IMG/VR virus record: IMGVR_UViG_2563366853_000005
Coordinates: 1 to 36,255 of that record
Origin: a virus
Lineage: Duplodnaviria > Heunggongvirae > Uroviricota > Caudoviricetes
DNA: 36,255 nucleotides
Reading direction: 5' to 3' (one strand)
How positions within the stretch are numbered: the first letter of the stretch is position 1; every line of letters starts with the position of its first letter. The position numbers and the translations under genes were made by a program. This document shows positions 29,849-36,255 of this stretch, in pieces. The notes beneath the pieces are model-generated. The model worked only from the letters and a program-made list of their open reading frames with translations. It ran no database searches and was not told where the DNA came from.

Positions 29849-30045
29849 GAGTTGAGAATCTCGGGGTGGCGAGACGTACGGGGTTCTCAACACCGGCAAA
29901 CGAAGAAACCGGCCCGACCGAAGTCGGCCCCGTACGCCCCACCATAATTCTGATGCGAAAAAGACGTGGCAATACAGTACGCACAAAAAAACCGCTGGCG
30001 CGGTTGTGCGCTTCGTTTGTCAGCAGGTTGAGAATCCCGGCACCC
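29849..30045. repeat. cluster of GTTGAGAA(T/C)C-CGG motif copies (two direct, one inverted) in a structured non-coding region
   Basis: GTTGAGAATCTCGGGG at 29851-29866; inverted copy GGGGTTCTCAAC at 29882-29893; direct copy GTTGAGAATCCCGG at 30027-30040; CTTCGTTTG flanks the second and third copies in inverted orientation. Confidence 0.6.
29985..30005 (-). terminator. intrinsic terminator (minus strand)
   Basis: Stem AACCGC / GCGGTT (29990-30005) with loop TGGC; on the minus strand followed by a U-run (A-run 29985-29991 on plus). Confidence 0.5.
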
Positions 30046-30141
30046 GTTTTATGAGGTGCAGCAGAAATGTAACCTGACTGATTGCGGCATGGCAAGCGGT
30101 TTTTTTGTGAGAACGGCATACTAAAAAAATCCTGATACTGC

Positions 30142-30166
30142 TCCGGCCAGCGATTTTCACTGGCCG
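30142..30166 (-). other. 8-bp GC-rich hairpin just downstream of the SPFH gene
   Basis: CCGGCCAG-cgattttca-CTGGCCGG; a T-run on the minus strand lies about 12 nt further on. Confidence 0.45.
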
Positions 30167-30173
30167 GGTTTAA

Positions 30174-31004
30174 TTACTTCACCGGAACAAACGGAACAGC
30201 GGTGTTGCTGGTCATGTATTGCGGCAGCGTGCCGTTCCATTTGTTGATTGCTTCCAGCTCCATAACGCCGGGATTCTGGCGCAGAGCTTCACCGCGTAAA
30301 CGAATGGCGTCGGCTTCAGCCTGGGCTTTTGTGCGAATGGCATCAGCCTGTCCGGCAGCTTCTGCGCGCAACATGTTGGCTTCAGCTTCGCGTTGCTTGA
30401 CTTCCTGTTCGCGTTGCAGGGTTTTCTGGTTTGCCGTGACTTTGGCATTAATGCTGTCGATAACGGTTGACGGGTACTCCGGCTTACCCACATATGAGAG
30501 GCTCATTACCTGAATACCGATAGGTGTCATTTCCTCCTGAATGTCTTTAAGAGCTGCATCCAGTAGTTCAGATTTCCCGCCGTCGATAAATTTGTCGGTG
30601 GTCATTTTGCTGGCCAGTCGGTTGAGTGCATCGGCGATCTTCTGGCGCAGGTCAGTGTCGGTAATGTCATCCACGCCTTTGCGGTAGGTCTGAAACACTG
30701 TAGTAACTTTGGATGGATCAACCTTGTAGGCCACACCGATGTGATAGCCGATGGTTGTGCCGTCACTCATCTGGAAGCTGAACGGCTCATCGTAGGTCTT
30801 CATTTGTTTGAAGGTCGGGAAGATGTAAACCTCGGTATTCCAGCCAGTCCAGTAGCGGCCAACGCCAACCACTTCGCCGACGCCTTTGTCGTCGCCCAGT
30901 TTGTTGACTTTGATGCCCACATTACCTGGCTCAACGCGATCGCAACCAACCAGCAGGATGGCGGCAAAAAGCGGGATAATCTGAAAGAGTTTGAATTTCT
31001 TCAT
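30174..31004 (-). CDS. SPFH / band-7 (stomatin-prohibitin-HflK/C-like) lipoprotein
   Basis: Lipoprotein signal MKKFKLFQIIPLFAAILLVG-C; SPFH-like core followed by an Ala/Glu-rich coiled coil (QREQEVKQREAEANMLRAEAAGQADAIRTKAQAEADAIRLRGEA); ATG overlaps the stop of the upstream small membrane protein gene (ATGA). Confidence 0.75.
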   Translation of the reverse strand: MKKFKLFQIIPLFAAILLVGCDRVEPGNVGIKVNKLGDDKGVGEVVGVGRYWTGWNTEVYIFPTFKQMKTYDEPFSFQMSDGTTIGYHIGVAYKVDPSKVTTVFQTYRKGVDDITDTDLRQKIADALNRLASKMTTDKFIDGGKSELLDAALKDIQEEMTPIGIQVMSLSYVGKPEYPSTVIDSINAKVTANQKTLQREQEVKQREAEANMLRAEAAGQADAIRTKAQAEADAIRLRGEALRQNPGVMELEAINKWNGTLPQYMTSNTAVPFVPVK

Positions 31005-31204
31005 TGTTTGATTTCCTTGATGTACTTACTGAAAAGGCGAACAACGCCTGCCGGGTACAGCATGGCAATGAAAATGCCCAGCAATACCAGGAAGGAGCTG
31101 TCTGATGAAATCATTCGGGGGAGTAGTCCTGCATACAGAATGAGAGAAACGAGGACGCATACCAGCGCCCACATGTATGCGCGAAACCAGGTCTTTTTGT
31201 TCAT
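31001..31204 (-). CDS. small two-TM membrane protein (67 aa), partner of the SPFH gene
   Basis: AAAGGA RBS 8 nt upstream; hydrophobic segments WALVCVLVSLILYAGLL and FLVLLGIFIAMLYPAGVV; translationally coupled to the SPFH gene. Confidence 0.6.
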   Translation of the reverse strand: MNKKTWFRAYMWALVCVLVSLILYAGLLPRMISSDSSFLVLLGIFIAMLYPAGVVRLFSKYIKEIKQ

Positions 31205-31215
31205 ATCACGGTCCT

Positions 31216-31515
31216 TTACTGGTTAAGGAAGAAATCAAAAACCTTGTCGATGCGTTGCAGTAGCTCTCGTTGCATTGCTTCCGGTGTTTCCGGTTCGCCA
31301 GGTGAACCCAGCGTTGCGCAGAAATCAGCGATTTCATGATGGAGCGTCAGGCGAATGGCTGGAGCCATGGTTCTGGCGTGCTCCAGCTCATCCAGCAGTG
31401 CCAGCACAGCAGACGGCGAGAGCATTGCGCGAAACGCCAGTAATTTTTGATGCGTTGCCATTCGTTGCAGGTCAGTCGCCAGTTCGCGTAGCTTCTGGTG
31501 GTTGATGGTGCTCAT
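31216..31515 (-). CDS. hypothetical early protein (99 aa)
   Basis: ORF in the tightly packed early operon; 4-nt overlap with the upstream gene. Confidence 0.55.
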   Translation of the reverse strand: MSTINHQKLRELATDLQRMATHQKLLAFRAMLSPSAVLALLDELEHARTMAPAIRLTLHHEIADFCATLGSPGEPETPEAMQRELLQRIDKVFDFFLNQ

Positions 31516-31757
31516 GCTCTGGCTTCCTTCAGTAGCTGGTTAAACATGCGGGTGAGTGGGTTGCTGCACCCGAACGGCATCGGGTTTACCTGGTAAGAGA
31601 ACCGACCGCCTGTTTTGCGTTCTTCTCTGATGACTAAGCCGTCGCGCCAGAGTCGGCGTAACTCCGCATTAATGGTTGTGGTTGGGGTATTCAGTGCTGC
31701 GGCGATTTCTCCACCGCTACAACCCGGATTGGCGGCGATGTAGTCCAGAATGGTCAT
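31512..31757 (-). CDS. small winged-helix-like DNA-binding protein (81 aa)
   Basis: Segment GGEIAAALNTPTTTINAELRRLWRDGLV resembles a winged-helix recognition region; operon position. Confidence 0.55.
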   Translation of the reverse strand: MTILDYIAANPGCSGGEIAAALNTPTTTINAELRRLWRDGLVIREERKTGGRFSYQVNPMPFGCSNPLTRMFNQLLKEARA

Positions 31758-31975
31758 CTGCGTGACTCCTGTACCTGTCGGATAAGGTTCACCCGCGCCA
31801 CATTCGTGGCGCAGAAGTAAGTGCCGTCAGTGAGATAGATGTGATGTGCATCTTTTTCTGAACGGTGTTTGTCGATAGTGGTAATCAGGCGTTCGTCGAC
31901 CTCGTATTCGCGCCCTCTGGAGGTAAAGCGAACGACGGGAAAATGCTTAATTGCCATTACGCTCTCTTTGTCCAA
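31754..31975 (-). CDS. hypothetical early protein (73 aa)
   Basis: ORF with 4-nt overlap to the downstream gene. Confidence 0.5.
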   Translation of the reverse strand: MDKESVMAIKHFPVVRFTSRGREYEVDERLITTIDKHRSEKDAHHIYLTDGTYFCATNVARVNLIRQVQESRR

Positions 31976-31980
31976 TAGCC

Positions 31981-32391
31981 CTATGCGTTAAATACGGCAC
32001 GTTGCGTGCCATCAATGAATGCGGCCTGAGTGCGTTCTATCAGGCGGAGATTTGTCAGAACTTCTGACTCTCTTACGGGGTAAGGGGTAATCAGGTATTT
32101 GTCCTGCAATTCGGCGATAATGATGTATTGCTGTAGCTCCGAGCCAATAATATGAATAAGGTGTCCAATGTCAGATAAATTCAGTCTGGTGGTTGGTTGT
32201 GTTTTGAGAACCGTTAGTTCAGCATCCTGTTTTTCGATGATTTCGGCTGCTTCGGCGGTTACTCTTGTTATCATCATGGCCGTGGTGGCAGGCCCAATCA
32301 TTCCTGCATTTGTTGCATCCTGAATGGCTCTGTTTGCGGTCTCCGATATATTTTTTAGCGCAGTTACAATGCCTTTTTCTTTTGCGTTCAT
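31981..32391 (-). CDS. hypothetical early protein (136 aa)
   Basis: ORF in the early operon. Confidence 0.55.
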   Translation of the reverse strand: MNAKEKGIVTALKNISETANRAIQDATNAGMIGPATTAMMITRVTAEAAEIIEKQDAELTVLKTQPTTRLNLSDIGHLIHIIGSELQQYIIIAELQDKYLITPYPVRESEVLTNLRLIERTQAAFIDGTQRAVFNA

Positions 32392-32484
32392 TTTTGTATC
32401 TCCATTATTTACGTGTGTGAATGCCTCCGTTAATTCGGATGGTTTTCACGTTTTCTTATTTAATCTGGTGTTTTATTTGTGCTG

Positions 32485-32598
32485 TTATTCGTCAGAGAAA
32501 AAACGCTCAATCTTTTTCACTGAATGAATAATTCGCATAATGCCAATAGCGCAGATCACCGAAATAATCAGAACAAGCCACGAGATAAATATACTCAT
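32485..32598 (-). CDS. candidate small single-TM peptide (37 aa; hand-translated, below ORF-track cut-off)
   Basis: ATG overlaps the stop of the upstream 80-aa gene (ATGA); translation MSIFISWLVLIISVICAIGIMRIIHSVKKIERFFSDE, a hydrophobic helix followed by a basic tail. Confidence 0.3.
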   Translation of the reverse strand: MSIFISWLVLIISVICAIGIMRIIHSVKKIERFFSDE

Positions 32599-32837
32599 GC
32601 GATATTCCCCAGCTTATACGGTTCAATATGTTCCCCGCATTCTGCGGCACAGATCAGCTCGGAAAGTTCGTTAAGTGCATCCAGATCATCAGCGTAAAAA
32701 GCCACGTCATACAGACTCCGGATTGCCCTGGTCAATGAGTCACGGGCTGCACGTTCAGCATGAGCGCCTGATGCACTTAAGCGAAAATAAAAACGCTCAA
32801 GTGCTTTGTTAATGAGAGTTTTATATTCTTTGCCCAT
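32595..32837 (-). CDS. hypothetical early protein (80 aa)
   Basis: ORF in the early operon. Confidence 0.5.
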   Translation of the reverse strand: MGKEYKTLINKALERFYFRLSASGAHAERAARDSLTRAIRSLYDVAFYADDLDALNELSELICAAECGEHIEPYKLGNIA

Positions 32838-32857
32838 TGTATTTTCCCGGAAAACAA

Positions 32858-33112
32858 TTAAACAAAATCTCTTAATGGTTTACCTGATTCAATGCGCTCA
32901 ATTGCATCGTTAATGGCCATGTATGCGGCGTGATCACCTGCATAGCGTGCGCATTCCTGTAGTGACTTTAATCCGCTGATAGTATCGCTTTTTGCTTCCG
33001 ATAAAGGTTTCACCGTATTTAATGCATCACGGGCATTATTATCTATGAGTCGGTGTATGATAAGAGTGTAGGCCGAGGCTATCTCTACCATGTTTTTTGT
33101 CGTTGTTGCCAT
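32858..33112 (-). CDS. hypothetical early protein (84 aa)
   Basis: ORF in the early operon. Confidence 0.5.
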   Translation of the reverse strand: MATTTKNMVEIASAYTLIIHRLIDNNARDALNTVKPLSEAKSDTISGLKSLQECARYAGDHAAYMAINDAIERIESGKPLRDFV

Positions 33113-33115
33113 TGG

Positions 33116-33466
33116 TTAATTCCCCCGTGGATGCTGAAAACTACGTCCTGCAATTAAGCGGTCAACCGTGCGTAGCGCTTCGTACAATGTAAAATCCTGT
33201 CCGAACTGATTGTCGCCGCAGCTCAATGCAAAAATGCGGTTTCCGGTAAACGGATTGCGTGGGCATTTGTGGACCACAATTCCAGCTTTCTCAATCAGCC
33301 AGGTATGCTCGCCGATTTGTTTTACTGGGTAGCCATCCGGCGTTGCGTGTGTTTCGCTCAGGCTGTAGCGAGAGTTGCTACGTGATGCACTGGTAGCGAA
33401 ACGGTTAGCGTGGCGTTCCGCACCGTTGCGGAAGCGCGGCTGTGAAGAATTGCGCTGTAGTTTCAT
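33116..33466 (-). CDS. hypothetical early protein (116 aa), first gene of a sub-operon
   Basis: ORF with a divergent intergenic region upstream (33467..33601). Confidence 0.5.
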   Translation of the reverse strand: MKLQRNSSQPRFRNGAERHANRFATSASRSNSRYSLSETHATPDGYPVKQIGEHTWLIEKAGIVVHKCPRNPFTGNRIFALSCGDNQFGQDFTLYEALRTVDRLIAGRSFQHPRGN

Positions 33467-33601
33467 ATTAAAACTCTGTACCTTCGGTAAGGTGTACTCG
33501 TGTCACCTTGTATTGATTTGTGGTATTTTTTGTGTGTCTAGGACTTGGACTGGCCGGTTCAGGTCCTGGCTTATGTTTAATTAAATTGTTTAGAGGTTTT
33601 C

Positions 33602-33793
33602 ATGTCAGAAGATAAAAAAGTTGTTAATTTGTTGAGTGACCTTAGTGCTGCTCTGGATAACATTAACCCTCCTAGGGTAAAAACGACGGGTGATAAAGAC
33701 GCATTAAACGCAGAGATTCATATATTACTGGCGTTAGTAACTGACAAAATTCAGCGTAAATACCCACCTGTCACACAACTGGTTGATTTTTAA
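33602..33793 (+). CDS. small hypothetical protein (63 aa) on the opposite strand, AT-rich
   Basis: AGAGG RBS 5 nt upstream; convergent with the 140-aa gene; hairpin 9 nt after its stop. Confidence 0.45.
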   Translation: MSEDKKVVNLLSDLSAALDNINPPRVKTTGDKDALNAEIHILLALVTDKIQRKYPPVTQLVDF

Positions 33794-33799
33794 TTTGAT

Positions 33800-34222
33800 T
33801 TATGCCGGGCTGCTCCCGGCATCTTCTAGCTGCCATAATGTCTCGTCACCTGATAGAGCAAAACGAAATGAGTGAAGTATATCCTCCCGAGAGAAGCTCA
33901 CGGCTACAGCTGCGGGAAAGTCAAATATAATCCCACCTTCATTTTTAAAACGATTACGCAATTGATAGGCTATCGGTTTGATTTGTGCAGGAAGAGTATC
34001 TATATCTCTTCCATTGACAACAGAATCTTTGTTTTCAAGTACTGATTTAGCGATTAGATATAGATGCCAGTAACTGGTTACAATTGTTACTCCTGTGATG
34101 TGTCGTAAATTAATTGCAATTCGTCCGTTATTATGTTTTTCCGCAAGGTATTTCAGGTTATCAATTAATGCTTGGTCATTTTTTGAAATAGTTATTGTGA
34201 AATCTGACGTGTTTGTTTTCAT
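33800..34222 (-). CDS. hypothetical protein (140 aa), AT-rich moron immediately downstream of cox
   Basis: AGAGG RBS about 11 nt upstream; starts 4 nt after the cox-like stop; visibly AT-rich. Confidence 0.6.
   Translation of the reverse strand: MKTNTSDFTITISKNDQALIDNLKYLAEKHNNGRIAINLRHITGVTIVTSYWHLYLIAKSVLENKDSVVNGRDIDTLPAQIKPIAYQLRNRFKNEGGIIFDFPAAVAVSFSREDILHSFRFALSGDETLWQLEDAGSSPA
33802..33822. other. GC hairpin between convergent genes (possible bidirectional terminator)
   Basis: AT-GCCGGG-ctgct-CCCGGC-AT; overlaps the last codons of the 140-aa gene; no clear U-run. Confidence 0.35.
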
Positions 34223-34226
34223 ACGA

Positions 34227-34748
34227 TTAGTTGCCTCTGTTGTTTCTGAGTTGGTTCAGTTTTGAGCTTCTGCCTGTATAAACTCGCTTACCGTTAATGG
34301 TCTGGCAGTCTTCTTTATTAGCTGGAGAGAACTTCCTTTTCTGGCGGTCATACGTCCAGTAACTTTTCCAGTTGTGCCATTCTGGGGGCTCGTGCTCTGG
34401 TAGCTCATCAGCCAACTTGTCCCACTCTTTGGCGTTAAACCACCATACTCCGTCTGAGTTTTCATCTTCCGGGTTTGTGCGCGTCTTGTGTCCCGGCATT
34501 TGACCGCGATGAATGGCTACGCGCAGTGCAGATTTTGTTAGCCCAATATATGCCGCGCCTTTTTCCAGAGAGCAAAGCCCGGCGATCGGACCATCCAGCC
34601 GTAAAGTCGCTCCTTTTTTGTAGGAACGCTTTTTCTTGTTTTCTTCGTGTTCGTCGTCGTTGGCGGCATCAATGGATCCGCTGAGTGTGTCACTTTCCTG
34701 AAGTGGTTGGTGGTCAGATAACTCTTTATCGGCAATGAAGTCCCGCAT
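34227..34748 (-). CDS. cox: Cox/Apl/AlpA-type excisionase-like HTH regulator with an acidic N-terminal extension (173 aa)
   Basis: HTH segment AAYIGLTKSALRVAIHRGQMPG followed by a Trp-rich region (GVWWFNAKEWDKL) as in excisionase-family proteins; AGAGGA RBS 7 nt upstream; divergent from the C repressor gene. Confidence 0.6.
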   Translation of the reverse strand: MRDFIADKELSDHQPLQESDTLSGSIDAANDDEHEENKKKRSYKKGATLRLDGPIAGLCSLEKGAAYIGLTKSALRVAIHRGQMPGHKTRTNPEDENSDGVWWFNAKEWDKLADELPEHEPPEWHNWKSYWTYDRQKRKFSPANKEDCQTINGKRVYTGRSSKLNQLRNNRGN

Positions 34749-34851
34749 TTGTTATCCTCTTGCGTTGGTGCGCTTGTTGCGCTTTGTGATGGTTTGTTTT
34801 GGTTTGTTTTCTTCACCATGTGGTGAAGAATGAAAAGAGGATACTCATCGT
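34749..34851. promoter_or_regulatory. immunity switch region between cox and C (candidate operators and face-to-face promoters)
   Basis: Tandem perfect direct repeat GGTTTGTTTT at 34791-34800 and 34801-34810; adjacent palindrome CTTCACCA-TG-TGGTGAAG at 34811-34828; P2 C is known to bind direct repeats flanking the early promoter. Confidence 0.6.
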
Positions 34852-35193
34852 ATGGTGAACATGTCAAGAGATTACGCCAAAAAACTAAAGGCGATCAGAA
34901 ATGCGGAAAAACTTACACAATCTCAGTTTTCGCAAGTAACGGGGGTTTCTGTAGGGACTATAGGAAATTATGAGTCTGGATATAAACCTGCGCGAATTGA
35001 GGTTGTAGAAAAAGTAATCCAAGTCGAGCGATTCGAAAAATACACTATGTGGATACTTCACGACAAAACATTTCCCGCTGCCGGGCAGGTTGCACCGGCT
35101 CTCTCTCTTGATGGCTCTATTCAGTCGGAGGGCGATCAGGTTTCAATCGGCATTACCCAAAAATCACCCCGATCAGGCCGCAATGTTGGCTGA
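34852..35193 (+). CDS. C: immunity repressor, P2 C-type
   Basis: ...LTQSQFSQVTGVSVGTIGNYESG... and FEKYTMWILHDKTFPAAGQVAPALS parallel P2 C (LSRQQLADLTGVPYGTLSYYESG..., FTKYTLWFMTNQIAPESGQIAPALA). Confidence 0.8.
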   Translation: MVNMSRDYAKKLKAIRNAEKLTQSQFSQVTGVSVGTIGNYESGYKPARIEVVEKVIQVERFEKYTMWILHDKTFPAAGQVAPALSLDGSIQSEGDQVSIGITQKSPRSGRNVG

Positions 35194-35262
35194 CTCTACA
35201 CATTGAGCGAATTACATATCGCAAGGAGTGTTTAGTTAATTTATCCGTTGGAGGGGCTAATC

Positions 35263-36255
35263 ATGTCGATTAAGCAACTCAAAGACGGACGTTATCAGGT
35301 CGATGTCAGACCGCAGGGGGCGGAAGGAAAGCGGATTCGAAAAATCTTTGCCCTGAAATCAAAGGCTCAGGAGTTTGAGAAGTATGTGTTACAGAACTTT
35401 CATGACAAGCCATGGCAGGCTAAGCCAGCTGATCAGCGGCGATTATCAGAGCTGCTTGATGCGTGGTGGATGCTTGATGGTCGTAATCAGGCTTACGGGG
35501 ATAGCTACAGGGTTAGGCTAGGGAAGGTTGTTCGTGAAATGGGAGATCCTCGCGCCAGTCAGATGACGCGAAAATTTATGCTTGAATATCGGTCAGAGAA
35601 ATTACAGGCTGGATTAATGCCGTCCAGTATTAATCGTGACTTATGCGTACTGTCTACCATGTTCACGGTGCTGATTGAAGCTGAGGTCTTTCACAACGCG
35701 AACCCTGTACGCGGTATACGAAAACTGAAAGTTCAGAACACAGAGATGGCCTTTCTTTCTGATGATGAGATTGAACGGCTTCTTGAGCGACTGGAGGGTG
35801 ATGCGCGTCGTGTTGCCATTCTGTGTCTTTCTACTGGTGCCCGATGGAGTGAAGCATCGGAACTACGTGGAGAGCATATCGTTGGCAACCGGGTGACGTT
35901 CTTTAACACCAAAAACGGAAAATCCCGTTCGGTTCCTGTGGCGGATTCGGTCGTGCCTCTGATTAAAACCCGTCGAACGGGGTTATTGTATCAGGTTGAT
36001 TATCTGAAGTTCCGGGAGATTCTTCAGGAGGTGAAACCGGATTTGCCGAAGGGGCAGGCTACGCATGTCATGCGTCATACATTTGCCACACACTTTATGA
36101 TGAATGGCGGAAATATTGTTACGTTGCAACGAATCCTGGGGCACGCAACGATTCAGCAAACAATGACGTACGCTCATTTTTCGCCGGACTTCTTACAGGA
36201 CGCGATCAACTTTAATCCGCTGGCTGAAAGTGTCCATAAACTGTCCATCGATTAG
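35263..36255 (+). CDS. int: tyrosine integrase, P2 Int family (start at ATG 35263; track start 35248 is TTG)
   Basis: MSIKQLKDGRYQVDVRPQG aligns to the P2 Int N-terminus (MAIKKLDDGRYEVDIRPTG); catalytic region ...HVMRHTFATHFMMNGGNIVTLQRILGHATIQQTMTYAHF with the conserved R, H-x-x-R and Y; GGAGGGG RBS 5 nt upstream; stop TAG at 36253-36255. Confidence 0.9.
   Translation: MSIKQLKDGRYQVDVRPQGAEGKRIRKIFALKSKAQEFEKYVLQNFHDKPWQAKPADQRRLSELLDAWWMLDGRNQAYGDSYRVRLGKVVREMGDPRASQMTRKFMLEYRSEKLQAGLMPSSINRDLCVLSTMFTVLIEAEVFHNANPVRGIRKLKVQNTEMAFLSDDEIERLLERLEGDARRVAILCLSTGARWSEASELRGEHIVGNRVTFFNTKNGKSRSVPVADSVVPLIKTRRTGLLYQVDYLKFREILQEVKPDLPKGQATHVMRHTFATHFMMNGGNIVTLQRILGHATIQQTMTYAHFSPDFLQDAINFNPLAESVHKLSID

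Larger units (their letters stand above)
1931..36255. mobile_element. P2-like (Peduovirinae) prophage; left boundary unresolved (somewhere in 1300..1930), right end continues past the window
   Basis: Near-complete P2 gene set by protein similarity: ogr, D, FI, FII, E/E', T, U, G, H, I, J, W, V, S, R, spanins, endolysin, holin, X, L, M, N, O, P, Q, A, cox-like, C, int. The integrase 3' end lies at the window edge, as expected for an att-proximal int. Confidence 0.9.

Noticed and set aside
29496-30119. 207-aa ORF on the minus strand spanning the structured intergenic region
   Set aside because: Overlaps the better-supported 76-aa gene in another frame and runs through hairpins, terminators and repeats; the composition looks like non-coding read-through.

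Overview
The window holds a complete serS gene (1..1293) followed by a P2-like (Peduovirinae) prophage that runs to the right edge, where its tyrosine integrase ends at 36255. Virion, lysis, packaging, replication and immunity modules are all recognisable by protein similarity to P2 gene products. Five things stand out. (1) A visibly AT-rich single-gene island (about 24380..26364) sits at the position of the P2 tin/old variable locus and encodes a KAP-family P-loop NTPase, which I rate as the best candidate for an anti-phage (abortive-infection-like) cargo gene. (2) The tail sheath/tube/tape-measure block FI-FII-E/E'-T-U (3499..9084) is inverted relative to D/ogr and to the baseplate and fibre genes, which breaks the conserved P2 order. 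(3) A Hok/Gef-family type I toxin gene with an overlapping mok-like frame lies between serS and ogr. (4) The early operon carries an SPFH/band-7 lipoprotein gene translationally coupled to a small membrane protein gene, next to a roughly 370 bp structured non-coding region with repeated GTTGAGAA motifs. (5) A second AT-rich moron of two convergent genes sits just downstream of cox. No tRNA, rRNA or CRISPR array was seen. The att sites, cos site and late promoters could not be pinned down by eye, and GC content was judged visually, not computed.
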